Shown: in pieces, positions 9,439-18,791 of the stretch
Layout: every line of letters starts with the position of its first letter
Numbering within the stretch: the stretch's first letter is position 1
Notes under the pieces: generated by a model
Databases searched by the model: none
The model's input: the letters and a program-made list of their open reading frames with translations, nothing else
What the model was told of the DNA's origin: nothing
Translations under genes and position numbers: made by a program
DNA from: an uncultured Nitrospina sp.
GTDB taxonomy: Bacteria; Nitrospinota; Nitrospinia; Nitrospinales; VA-1
DNA length: 64,000 bases
NCBI GenBank assembly: GCA_964510965.1
Contig: CAZECX010000002.1
Coordinates: forward strand, 21,011-85,010
Direction of reading: 5' to 3'

Positions 9439-10788
9439 TCATGGAACAAAATATTCAGGATGAGTAGATGCTAGATTTTTTTCAAAAGCTTCAATAGGTT
9501 TTAATAGATCGTGATTGGGAGATATCTTTCGTGCCACATCCCAGCATCGCCACGATTCTAGGGGCATATATGATTTAAAAAATAAATCTCCAAGATCTTT
9601 CCAGGCTCCAGCAAGAAAAGGGTTTTGGTTTAACGCCTTCAAAAATAAATTTATCGCCTCTTGATGTTTTCCTAATGATCCTTGATGATTTGCCTCAAAA
9701 ACGAACAACATAGCTTTTCTTTTATCTGTTAACTTTTGAAAACCTTTTAGGTCTGATACCCTTTTAATCGCCTCCTCTTTGTTTTTTGGGTTTCCTATTG
9801 CAACTAAAAGATTTTTTAGACTTTCATCTTCTAAACCCTCTTTCAAAGCGCGAGACATACTGGATGGAATTAATTGGCCATACTGACTTTGATATTCAGA
9901 AATTGAAAGAAAAGCTTCAAGATAGTTTTTCTTCTTTATTTGTTCATCAAAATAATTTGAGAGATCTATTAAATTTTTCCTCATATCACTATTGCTAAGA
10001 TTTCTTAATCTGTTAAACAACTTGAATAGTCTATTATCTTTTTCTTCAAAACCGACAGAGGTCAAACCCTCAATCGAAAAAGGATTGGCAGAAAGAGTTT
10101 TATAGTTAATTAATGATAACGAATAAGATTTTAAAAACATACCATGGTTAAATCCATTGATCTCACTGGGAATTTCAGACATGCCTTTCAATTCATTCAA
10201 AATGCTTGGATGCCCTCCAAAATAATATCTAATAAACATAGAAAACATTTGCACATATCTACTGTCAACCTTGAAAGATTCCTTACTAAAATTAAATAAA
10301 TCCTTGTCTTTCCATTTATAATAGATACTGTTTCCACCCTCTGATTTATTTATTTCCTCGGTTGAATCTTTTCCCAATATAGACAATTCATGTTCAATAA
10401 ATAGTATTTCTGAGGGGGGCTTCTGCATTATCTTTGCTAGAAACTGTCTTTGATAAAGTCTATTTCGAAATTCATACGTATTAAACCCAATAACCCTATA
10501 AAGCGAATCTGAGTAAAAACTATTTTTATTTACATCAATAGTAAAAATTCTTTTTTCTATAAAGTCATAAACTACTTTCTTTCCATCCTCTTGAACGCTA
10601 AAAAATCTATCTCCCAGCACAACATTTATCCGTGATTCTTTGGTTTGAGCTTTTTTTTCCTTATTTTTATTTACCGCCCAAGATTTTCTTTCTATCTCAA
10701 TATCCAACTCCAAATTTGCAAACACTTGAATCGGACTGACCAATAAAAATATTATCAATAATTGAGATTTTAAATTTTTCCTTTTCAT
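9439..10788 (-). CDS. Secreted protein of unknown function with C-terminal TPR-like helices
   Basis: Signal peptide MKRKNLKSQLLIIFLLVSPIQVFA. C-terminal EAINLFLKALNQNPFLAGAWKDLGDLFFKSYMPLESWRCWDVARKISPNH resembles TPR repeats. Very AT-rich. No catalytic motif recognised. Confidence 0.65.
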   Translation of the reverse strand: MKRKNLKSQLLIIFLLVSPIQVFANLELDIEIERKSWAVNKNKEKKAQTKESRINVVLGDRFFSVQEDGKKVVYDFIEKRIFTIDVNKNSFYSDSLYRVIGFNTYEFRNRLYQRQFLAKIMQKPPSEILFIEHELSILGKDSTEEINKSEGGNSIYYKWKDKDLFNFSKESFKVDSRYVQMFSMFIRYYFGGHPSILNELKGMSEIPSEINGFNHGMFLKSYSLSLINYKTLSANPFSIEGLTSVGFEEKDNRLFKLFNRLRNLSNSDMRKNLIDLSNYFDEQIKKKNYLEAFLSISEYQSQYGQLIPSSMSRALKEGLEDESLKNLLVAIGNPKNKEEAIKRVSDLKGFQKLTDKRKAMLFVFEANHQGSLGKHQEAINLFLKALNQNPFLAGAWKDLGDLFFKSYMPLESWRCWDVARKISPNHDLLKPIEAFEKNLASTHPEYFVP

Positions 10789-10889
10789 TTCATAATTCCT
10801 TATAAAAAATTAATTTTTCATCCCAATTCGTTAATTTTTTAAAGATTAAAATCTCTTAATCTCTGTAAAAAATAATTTTTGTTAATATT

Positions 10890-10911
10890 GCCACCCCCTT
10901 TGGAGGGTGGC
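10890..10911. other. GC-rich hairpin (GCCACCC-N8-GGGTGGC) in an AT-rich divergent intergenic region
   Basis: Perfect 7-bp inverted repeat, extendable by CC/GG with one bulge. Ends 11 nt upstream of the ATG at 10923. The right arm contains GGAGGG. Confidence 0.4.
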
Positions 10912-10922
10912 ATAATAGTTAT

Positions 10923-12233
10923 ATGCTATCCTATATAAAATTGCGGTTTTTAATTTTTTCCATTGCAGGAGCTTTATTCCTTCCTTCATTTTCATTGGCC
11001 AACACCTTTAATCAACTGGTCGAACAAAAACAGATTCTGGAAAACCAGTTTGGCATTCAAACGCTTGAATGCTTTCCCTTCACAAAGAAAATCGGATTCA
11101 CTGAGGATCAGGCAGCCCTGATCAAACAATGCCTGCAGGGAGTATCTGCACTAAAGAAAGCGCTCATTCAGGTTGATCACAAAGATTATAAAGAAGTAGG
11201 AATCAGCAACCGGTTTTTAAGAACCGCTGGTTTTCATACAGTACTGATCCATTGGCAAGCTTCGCCAGAGGAAATTGCTAAATTTTTAAATGAACGTCTC
11301 AGTCATCAGGAACAAATAGAATTCATGGATAAAATCCACGCTTTGAAAAAAGAGATTGCCAGCAAAGGGATCGTCAAAGAATTCTATTGTTCAAAGGAAA
11401 TTTCCAATACCGATTGCCTTAACGGCTATACAAATCTTGCTGCTGTCCAAATTCCACCTACGACTAAAAGAACAGGTTGGCATGAAATAATGATTACGCA
11501 TTCCTCTTCTTCATCGGACAAACCCAATACACTTGTCTTGGGGTTCAACGAGTCGCCTACTGAAATGAGAAATCGGATATTGAAAGATCCTTACGAAACC
11601 TGGAGGCCGAAAAGAAAAATGTATGAGGCTATTCAGGAAAAATATGGCAAAGCGTTCAAAGAAAAACTTCAGTTGGAAAATTTCATCTGCGCTTCCGAAA
11701 TCACCCTGGAAGAATGCGAACAAGGAGCTGTTAATTTACTTGAGGCCAGTCAATCCACTGATTTTCGCATGCGTTACTGGGGAAAAGTGATTCTAAACCG
11801 TCACAATACTTTCATTGAAGATGACTTCAATGCACAAATCCGTTTCGACCTTCCTGCGGAAAAAATTCTAGAACATTTTTCTCGTAAAGCCATAAAAACT
11901 CAGGCTGCAGATAATACAACGCTGGCAGTAAAATTGGAGAAACGGACAAAAAACAATATTTCAAAATTACGGGCGGTTTGTGATCTCGAAGGCCTTACTT
12001 CTGCACTTTGTGCAAAAGCATTCAAAACCTTTATCCGGTTCGTCAAAAATAATCGCGACTACCAAGTGGCATCCCCCTGGGACACCCTTATGTTTATTGA
12101 TGGGGATCAACTTTCTCGAGTCAACTTTGCCCTCAACTCAAACTCCAGAACCACTTACCTTTATATAGATGCCCACAGCGGTGATGACCATTTCGCAAAC
12201 TATTTAAATCAATTCCGCGACTCGACCCATTAG
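10923..12233 (+). CDS. Secreted protein of unknown function built from four ~100-aa Cys-pair repeats
   Basis: Signal peptide MLSYIKLRFLIFSIAGALFLPSFSLA. All eight Cys fall in four pairs (C50/C70, C156/C165, C256/C265, C353/C363). Each pair is followed by similar hydrophobic strand and helix motifs. Confidence 0.7.
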   Translation: MLSYIKLRFLIFSIAGALFLPSFSLANTFNQLVEQKQILENQFGIQTLECFPFTKKIGFTEDQAALIKQCLQGVSALKKALIQVDHKDYKEVGISNRFLRTAGFHTVLIHWQASPEEIAKFLNERLSHQEQIEFMDKIHALKKEIASKGIVKEFYCSKEISNTDCLNGYTNLAAVQIPPTTKRTGWHEIMITHSSSSSDKPNTLVLGFNESPTEMRNRILKDPYETWRPKRKMYEAIQEKYGKAFKEKLQLENFICASEITLEECEQGAVNLLEASQSTDFRMRYWGKVILNRHNTFIEDDFNAQIRFDLPAEKILEHFSRKAIKTQAADNTTLAVKLEKRTKNNISKLRAVCDLEGLTSALCAKAFKTFIRFVKNNRDYQVASPWDTLMFIDGDQLSRVNFALNSNSRTTYLYIDAHSGDDHFANYLNQFRDSTH

Positions 12234-12519
12234 CATATATCTGTAGAATCCGACCTTTCGAAGTAAGACCCACTCGTTTTTGGAATTCAGTTTTTCTTTC
12301 TTGTGTCAAAAGAAGGATTAAGAAGGGTACCCAAACACCACTACAAACCCTCCTCTTAGATTCAAAAGATTAATCAGGGAAATTCAATCCTTTTCAAATA
12401 AGTTACTGAGCAAAAATGGGGACTTCCGAATTCCGATTTAATTTTCATTCAAAATGAATGTATAATGGAAAAAGAAAGCGATACCATAAAAAGGGTTCCT
12501 ATTAAGAGGGATTTCTCAT

Positions 12520-13968
12520 ATGTCAGCTTTTTTTTCTAAAATCAAACTATCTTCTGAGAGTCGGGATATCTTACTGTTGGCTCTATTTATGGTGGCGGGT
12601 CTCTTCCTTGTTATCAGGTACTTTTTAAACCTTTCCAACAGCATTGTTCGATCGAACGCACTTCAAGATGCTACCATGTATTCCGAAGCCCTTGAGGAGT
12701 TTCGCACGATTTATACCGCCCAGATTGTAAATCGTCTGGCAGGGCACGACATTGAAATCACTCATGATTATAAAAATAAAGAAAAAGCTATTCCTCTTCC
12801 GGCCACATTGAGCATGGAACTGGCAGAGGCAATTAGTAAAAAGAGCACCCAAACCCACTCTCGACTTTATAGTGACTACCCTTTTCCCTGGAGAAAGGAT
12901 AGAGAGAAATTGGATTCATTTGAAATAAATGCTCTTGATGAGCTCAAAAAAAATCCCGACAAGCCCTATTTCAGCTTCGAAGATTTTCGAGGAAAACCCT
13001 ACCTCCGTTTTGCTGTTGCAGACAAAATGAGAGAAAGCTGTGTTGACTGCCACAATACTCATCCGCAAAGCCCCAAAAGAGACTGGAAAACGGGAGATGT
13101 TCGTGGCGTTCTAGAGGTCAACTGGCCCATGGAAACATTCAACGCTCATGTCAAAACCAGCCTCAATCAATCCAAACAAATGTTATTCTTCCTCACTTTT
13201 TCCTGGATTCTCTTACTGTGTTGGATGATGTTTCGCGTTCATAAATACTCAAGCCAATTAAACCAAAAAGTAAACGAGCTGGCTGTTTCCAATCAGGAAT
13301 TAGATGATTTTGCTTATATTGCTTCGCACGATCTAAAAGAACCGCTGAGGGGAATCCATAATTTTTCGGCCATGATCATCGAGGACTACGAAAAGCAACT
13401 TGATCCGCAGGGGAAAGAAAAACTAAACACCCTTTCGCGTTTATCAAAAAGGATGGAAAGCGACATAAATGATCTTATATATTTTTCCAGAGTGGGAAGG
13501 ACGGATATTAACCGGGAATGGCTTAATTTAAATACTATGGTTTCAGAAATTATCGATTCGCTACAATTTTTAATTTCCGAAAATCGGGTATCTATTCGAA
13601 TAAACCAGCCTTTGCCCACTATTTTCTGTGATCGAATTAAAATAAAAGAGGTGTTTCACAATTTATTGACCAATGCCATAAAATATAACGACAAGGAAGA
13701 AAAATGGGTGGAAATAGGATACCAGGCAACCAATGGAGACTACAAAATCCCTACCTTTTATGTAAAAGATAATGGTATCGGAATTATGGAAAAACATATA
13801 GATTTGATTTTTAAAATATTTAAAAGGCTGCATTCGGAGAAAAAATTTGGCGGGGGTACGGGGGCCGGCCTGACCATTGTTAAAAAAATAATCCAAAAGC
13901 ATAGTGGAAAAATCTGGGTTGAATCCAAACCTCAACAAGGAACCACTTTCTTCTTCACAATCAAATGA
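12520..13968 (+). CDS. Sensor histidine kinase with periplasmic DUF3365 (Tll0287-like) domain carrying a CXXCH heme-c motif
   Basis: N-terminal TM. CVDCH at nt 13039-13053 within RESCVDCHNTHPQSPKRDWKTGDVRGVLEV. Second TM segment LFFLTFSWILLLCWMMF. H-box FAYIASHDLKEPLRGI. HATPase boxes NLLTNAIKYN, DNGIGI, GGGTGAGL. AAGAGGGA RBS upstream. Confidence 0.85.
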   Translation: MSAFFSKIKLSSESRDILLLALFMVAGLFLVIRYFLNLSNSIVRSNALQDATMYSEALEEFRTIYTAQIVNRLAGHDIEITHDYKNKEKAIPLPATLSMELAEAISKKSTQTHSRLYSDYPFPWRKDREKLDSFEINALDELKKNPDKPYFSFEDFRGKPYLRFAVADKMRESCVDCHNTHPQSPKRDWKTGDVRGVLEVNWPMETFNAHVKTSLNQSKQMLFFLTFSWILLLCWMMFRVHKYSSQLNQKVNELAVSNQELDDFAYIASHDLKEPLRGIHNFSAMIIEDYEKQLDPQGKEKLNTLSRLSKRMESDINDLIYFSRVGRTDINREWLNLNTMVSEIIDSLQFLISENRVSIRINQPLPTIFCDRIKIKEVFHNLLTNAIKYNDKEEKWVEIGYQATNGDYKIPTFYVKDNGIGIMEKHIDLIFKIFKRLHSEKKFGGGTGAGLTIVKKIIQKHSGKIWVESKPQQGTTFFFTIK

Positions 13969-13977
13969 GAGCAAGAA

Positions 13978-14430
13978 ATGCCAGTTAAAATTTCAATAAA
14001 TATCTTGATGGTCGAAGACAGCGATGCGGATTATGAAATTACAGAAAGAGCCTTTCTAAAGGCGGGAATGAAAATGGAGAACTTGATCCGATGCGTTGAC
14101 GGTGACGATGCCCTCGACTACCTGCACCAACGAGGGGGATATGAAAATGATAAAAGTGTCCTTCGACCGAGCCTGGTTTTGTTGGATTTGAATATGCCAG
14201 GAACAGACGGGAAGGAGGTCCTCGAAGAAATAAAAACTGACGATAATTTGAAGGACATTCCCGTTTTAATATTAACAACCTCCATGGACGAGCGTGATAT
14301 CGAAGATTGTTATAAGCTAGGAGCTAACACATATATTCACAAACCCGTCAATTTCCAAGGATTTATGGAAGCCATGCAGCGGCTTAAAGATTATTGGGTT
14401 GAATTAGCTATATTGACCCAGGAGAAATAA
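13978..14430 (+). CDS. Stand-alone receiver-domain response regulator (Rcp1-like)
   Basis: MVEDSDAD, LLDLNMPGTDG, LTTS, HKP receiver motifs. No output domain. Starts 9 nt after the kinase stop. Confidence 0.9.
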   Translation: MPVKISINILMVEDSDADYEITERAFLKAGMKMENLIRCVDGDDALDYLHQRGGYENDKSVLRPSLVLLDLNMPGTDGKEVLEEIKTDDNLKDIPVLILTTSMDERDIEDCYKLGANTYIHKPVNFQGFMEAMQRLKDYWVELAILTQEK

Positions 14431-14456
14431 AACTATCAGATAGAAGCTTAGAACCC

Positions 14457-15572
14457 ATGAATGCATTAGATAAAACTATCAATGTATTAATTATCGACGA
14501 CAGCGCCGAAGATCGGTTCGTCTACAAAAATTATTTACAAAAAAATGAGATAAATAATTTTACCATCCTGGAAAGTGAAACGGGGCAAGAAGGTCTGGAA
14601 TTGTGTAAATCCAGCCCACCCGATTGCCTGCTCCTCGATTACAACCTTCCTGACATGGACGGGCTTGAAATATTATCCGAGTTATCTCCATTAAAGTTTG
14701 CGGTCATCATGTTAACGGGAGAAGGAAGTCAGCAAGTAGCTGTGCAGTCATTAAAAATGGGAATTAAAGATTATCTTGTTAAAGGAGAAATTACTCCGTC
14801 GATTCTTACTCAATCCATCATTTCTGCTGTGAAATTGTTTAACACAGAAATGGAGAACGAACTCTTCGCAAGAGAACTGAAAAGAAGCCACCAAGCCCTG
14901 GAGGAATTCGCGACTATTGCTTCCCATGATTTAAATGAACCTCTTAGGAAAATTAGTTTCTACGCGGGAAAAATTAGAGCTTTGAATAATAGCCTTCTTG
15001 AAGATTCAAGCTATACCTATTTAAGTAGTCTCGAAGCCTCCGCAGAAAAAATGTCTCTGCTCATAAAAGCTTTATTGAATTACTCGCGCATTAATCTGCG
15101 CTCAGAACCTTTAAAATCCACATCCTTGAACGAAATTATCAAATCGGTCCTATCTGACCTGGAAGTCAGCATACACAAAAAAGAGGCTCAGGTGGATGTC
15201 GAGAATCTGCCTGAAGTTGAAGCAGATCCGACACAGATTTACCAACTATTCTTAAACTTGATCGCGAACGGAATTAAATTCAACAATAGAAAATCTCCTG
15301 TGATCAACATAACCTGCAATAACAATAATGACAGTTATTGGGAAATTCAGGTCAAGGACAACGGAATAGGTTTGGAAAGTAAATTTGAGGAAAAAATCTT
15401 CAAACCCTTTTTCAGAATTCATCAAGAAAGCGAATACAAGGGTACCGGAATTGGACTCGCAACTTGCAAAAAAATTGTAGAACGGCACGAGGGCACAATT
15501 TCAGCTGTAGGCAAACCAGGAGAAGGTACAACCTTTACCATCAGGCTTCCGAAAAGAAATTTAAGATTGTAA
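14457..15572 (+). CDS. Receiver-histidine kinase fusion (REC-HisKA-HATPase_c)
   Basis: Receiver IIDDSAED, LLDYNLPDMDG. H-box FATIASHDLNEPLRKI. NLIANGIKFN, DNGIGL, GTGIGLA. Confidence 0.9.
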   Translation: MNALDKTINVLIIDDSAEDRFVYKNYLQKNEINNFTILESETGQEGLELCKSSPPDCLLLDYNLPDMDGLEILSELSPLKFAVIMLTGEGSQQVAVQSLKMGIKDYLVKGEITPSILTQSIISAVKLFNTEMENELFARELKRSHQALEEFATIASHDLNEPLRKISFYAGKIRALNNSLLEDSSYTYLSSLEASAEKMSLLIKALLNYSRINLRSEPLKSTSLNEIIKSVLSDLEVSIHKKEAQVDVENLPEVEADPTQIYQLFLNLIANGIKFNNRKSPVINITCNNNNDSYWEIQVKDNGIGLESKFEEKIFKPFFRIHQESEYKGTGIGLATCKKIVERHEGTISAVGKPGEGTTFTIRLPKRNLRL

Positions 15573-15645
15573 AACCTTCAAATCCTTTTCCACGTATTTA
15601 AAATTTTGGAAATATAACTAATTTTTTATCTTTGGAGTAAATGAA

Positions 15646-16617
15646 CTAAAGGTCGGGGCCCATCAAACTAATAAAGCTATTGAGTAGCTTTGGGTCAAAA
15701 TCGTTGATCATTTGTTTTTTCATAATGATCAACGTATCAAAAGCACTTAAAGCTTTTTTATAGGATCGTTTTGTAGTTAACGCATCATAAACATCCATAA
15801 TTTTGCAGATTCGTGCATAACGGTGGATCTCCTCGCCCTCAATTCCATTGGGGTAGCCACCGCCCTTAAATTTTTCATGGTGCTCCGCCGCCATCCTCAC
15901 TACATTATTGTGATAGCACTGCATTCCGGTTAAAATCTCGCCACCTGCTATGGCATGGAACTTCATTTGCTCAAACTCATCGTCGCTCAACTTACCAGCT
16001 TTATTTATCAGGCCATGATCAATTTTTGATTTTCCCACATCATGAAGCATCCCACCCAGAGAAAGCGAACGTGTATCATTCTTGCTCATCCCACTTTTCA
16101 CCCCAAATGTCATGCAATAGAGGCCAACATTGACGCTGTGGGTGTAGGTGTAATAATCTTTACTGGTGATCTCAGCGATGCCATGAAACCCTGCCTCGGC
16201 TGTAGTCATACAATCTTCCATCATATCCATAACTTCTTCGGAAGCTTCCAGAATTTTTTCTGAGGTGTTATTCTCAAAAAATTCCTTCATAACCCCTTTG
16301 GATACCTCGTAAATCTTTTCTGTTTTTTCCTTGAGAGGGATATCGGGGTTGGAGACCATCGCCTTTAACGAGCGAGTCGCGTACTTGTAATACTTAAAAA
16401 GGTCTTCTTCGTGAATGTAAAAATCCTGTTCGGGTCCGTCTTCGAGAAGCCTTCTTACCTTATCTTGATGCTTCGGGTCTGTGCTGGCAAACAGGACATA
16501 TTTTACGGTTCCAAAACTCTCCGTTTGGTAAAATATATCGAAGGATTCGTCTCCACCTTTGTCAAGAAACCCAATATCAATTTCCCTGAATTTCTCTTCT
16601 TCTTTCTCGGCAGCCAC
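15646..16617 (-). CDS. HD-GYP domain protein (no receiver domain)
   Basis: HDVGKSKIDHGLINK ... HHEKFKGGGYPNG. GTG start at 16617 preceded by GAGGT. Convergent with the kinase operon. Confidence 0.85.
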   Translation of the reverse strand: MAAEKEEEKFREIDIGFLDKGGDESFDIFYQTESFGTVKYVLFASTDPKHQDKVRRLLEDGPEQDFYIHEEDLFKYYKYATRSLKAMVSNPDIPLKEKTEKIYEVSKGVMKEFFENNTSEKILEASEEVMDMMEDCMTTAEAGFHGIAEITSKDYYTYTHSVNVGLYCMTFGVKSGMSKNDTRSLSLGGMLHDVGKSKIDHGLINKAGKLSDDEFEQMKFHAIAGGEILTGMQCYHNNVVRMAAEHHEKFKGGGYPNGIEGEEIHRYARICKIMDVYDALTTKRSYKKALSAFDTLIIMKKQMINDFDPKLLNSFISLMGPDL

Positions 16618-16803
16618 TTTTACCTCAAATATTACAAATAGAAAAACTCCCCAGAGCGGCCTTAAAACTTATGACCCAAAAATGATTACAGCAAGGGGAG
16701 AAAAGCTAAAGTTTCTTATCTAACAGCATGAAATAAATTATAAACCTATTGCTGATTAATTGAAATCAAGTTTTTCCAACAAAAATATTTTTTTAAATAC
16801 GCT

Positions 16804-16825
16804 CAAAAAATTTCTGGGCTAAAAA
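16804..16825. repeat. Direct repeat copy A: CAAAAAATTTCTGGGCTAAAAA
   Basis: Matches 18771-18791 at 21 of 22 positions, with one inserted T. Lies between the peptidase stop (16959) and the HD-GYP start (16617). Confidence 0.7.
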
Positions 16826-16958
16826 CTATAACCTTTTATAAAACAATTATTTACGTAGAAGCGGAAGATATTTCCTCAACTATGGACTCTTTAAATCAAG
16901 TTCTTGGAGGTGCACAACGAGTATCAATCTGCTTACTTGATTTATGGAAATATTAGTG

Positions 16959-18767
16959 TCAATAAACCTCATTGATCCTGGAAATAAGATGGATGATTGA
17001 TCGTGTGCAACCCAATAAATCTGGGATTGATAGACTTTCTCCCGGCTCATGCATTCTGGCATCTGGATCGTAAGCTCCCAGGCATAGAGGTTGCACATTT
17101 CCCAAAGCCCGCATCAGTTTTTCAACGAAGGGGATGGTACCTCCACATCCATATAGGCAGGATTTCTGATCAAACCCCTTATCCAATGATTCAAGCATCA
17201 ATGGAAAAACAGGATGAGAAATCTCTGTCATCCATGGAGAAGCCCCTTTATCTTCCTTAATACTCAATTCAAACCCTGGTGAAATATTTTTCAAAAGAAA
17301 ATTTTTTAATTTTTCAGTAGTGGATTTATCTTTATTTCCTGGAGCCAGTCGAAGCTCGACAAGTGCCTTTGCAGATGAGTCATCATGGAGGCACGGTTGT
17401 AATCCTTGATCCACAAAAAGTGATTGGACTTTTATTGGATTATTAGAAGCAAGTTTTTCTAATTTTGGATGCAAAGTTCCATCGACAGAAATCAAATGAT
17501 CAATCATTTGCGCCAATTGAATTTCAGGAATCGGTACGGGCCCACCATTAACACCTGAGTGAGGATCTTTCGAAGCCGATTGCAAAATAAGATCAATGGT
17601 TGGAGGTGAATCACCCACAACATCAACTATTAATTTTAAGTCGTATTTATTTATTTCTTTTAAAATAATTTCAATTTGTTTAGCCAGATTGGTTGTGTCC
17701 TTAGCCCTCGGAAAGCTCAAACGAGCTCCGGCAGTTCCGAGAATAACACTCCCTGCAATGCGGTGACCGGGGCGAGCATTTGCAAAAGAGGTGCGAAGTT
17801 GTGCAATTAGAATAGAGGCGATATCTTCTGATACCGTAAGCCGGGTTGCTCCTAATACTCCGGCGGTTTCTCTAAGCGCATCCACTGAGGTGGGAACGAA
17901 GGAGTAGCCTTTCCTTTCATCATCTGTGACAGGTTGATCAGACTCAGAAATCTCTTTGATAGCAAGGGAATGATCGTCTTTAATCAATGTAGAAAGGAGC
18001 TTGTATAATGCAGTTTGTTCATCAATAGAGGTATTTTTGATTTTTTTTGTAACAGCGACCTCCATCTGGACAATACCCCGCAAGGAAGTTGTCAAGCCCG
18101 GTATACCTTGAGCCGGATTGACCACATCGGTAATTACCACGCAATCGATATTGGAAAAAAATGATTTATTCTGATTGATCTGATCGATCAAACTATGAGA
18201 ACCACTCTCCTCTTCGGTTTCAAAAATTATTTTTATATTGCAAGGAAGTTGGGAAAAATCCCCTTCTGATGCACCTTTTACTGTTTTCATAATTGCATCG
18301 ATAGACATTCCAATGGAAACAACTCCACTCAAGTCATCCGCTGCTCCTCTTCCGTATGCACGCGACTTGTCTTCGTTCCACCTCAATTGCGTTGGTGGAA
18401 CTCCTCCCCATTTTTCAAAATTTTCGTTATCCATATAGGGTTGCTTGTCCAAGTGAGCATAAAAAAGAATTGTTGGCTTTTCTTCAGCAGCAAAGGTTTC
18501 TGCCATAAGAATTGGAAACGGGTATTTGTTTTCTGAATCATTTATCGATACTTTAGATAACCCTATTCGCGTCAGGTATTTTTTCGCACATTCAAGAATT
18601 TCTTTCATATCAGTGGGAATCGTTCTGTCTCCCTTGAACTCATTCACACCAAAACTTCGGCTATCAATTCCGACCATCTCCTCCAACACCTGCAAATGCT
18701 CATTCACAAGTTCGGTATCCATTTCAATTTTTTTACAAGCTATTGAGCTGATTTCTTCAGGTTTCAT
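16959..18767 (-). CDS. M20-family metallopeptidase/dipeptidase (large form)
   Basis: YAHLDKQP (His/Asp ligands), GRGAADDLSG (bridging Asp), FETEEESGS (catalytic Glu). The track start at 18773 is a TTG, and the ATG at 18767 (MKPEEISS) is preferred. Confidence 0.8.
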   Translation of the reverse strand: MKPEEISSIACKKIEMDTELVNEHLQVLEEMVGIDSRSFGVNEFKGDRTIPTDMKEILECAKKYLTRIGLSKVSINDSENKYPFPILMAETFAAEEKPTILFYAHLDKQPYMDNENFEKWGGVPPTQLRWNEDKSRAYGRGAADDLSGVVSIGMSIDAIMKTVKGASEGDFSQLPCNIKIIFETEEESGSHSLIDQINQNKSFFSNIDCVVITDVVNPAQGIPGLTTSLRGIVQMEVAVTKKIKNTSIDEQTALYKLLSTLIKDDHSLAIKEISESDQPVTDDERKGYSFVPTSVDALRETAGVLGATRLTVSEDIASILIAQLRTSFANARPGHRIAGSVILGTAGARLSFPRAKDTTNLAKQIEIILKEINKYDLKLIVDVVGDSPPTIDLILQSASKDPHSGVNGGPVPIPEIQLAQMIDHLISVDGTLHPKLEKLASNNPIKVQSLFVDQGLQPCLHDDSSAKALVELRLAPGNKDKSTTEKLKNFLLKNISPGFELSIKEDKGASPWMTEISHPVFPLMLESLDKGFDQKSCLYGCGGTIPFVEKLMRALGNVQPLCLGAYDPDARMHEPGESLSIPDLLGCTRSIIHLISRINEVY

Positions 18768-18770
18768 GTC

Positions 18771-18791
18771 CAAAAAATTTCGGGCTAAAAA
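18771..18791. repeat. Direct repeat copy B: CAAAAAATTTCGGGCTAAAAA
   Basis: See copy A. Lies immediately 5' of the peptidase ATG (positions -4 to -24 in gene orientation). Confidence 0.7.
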
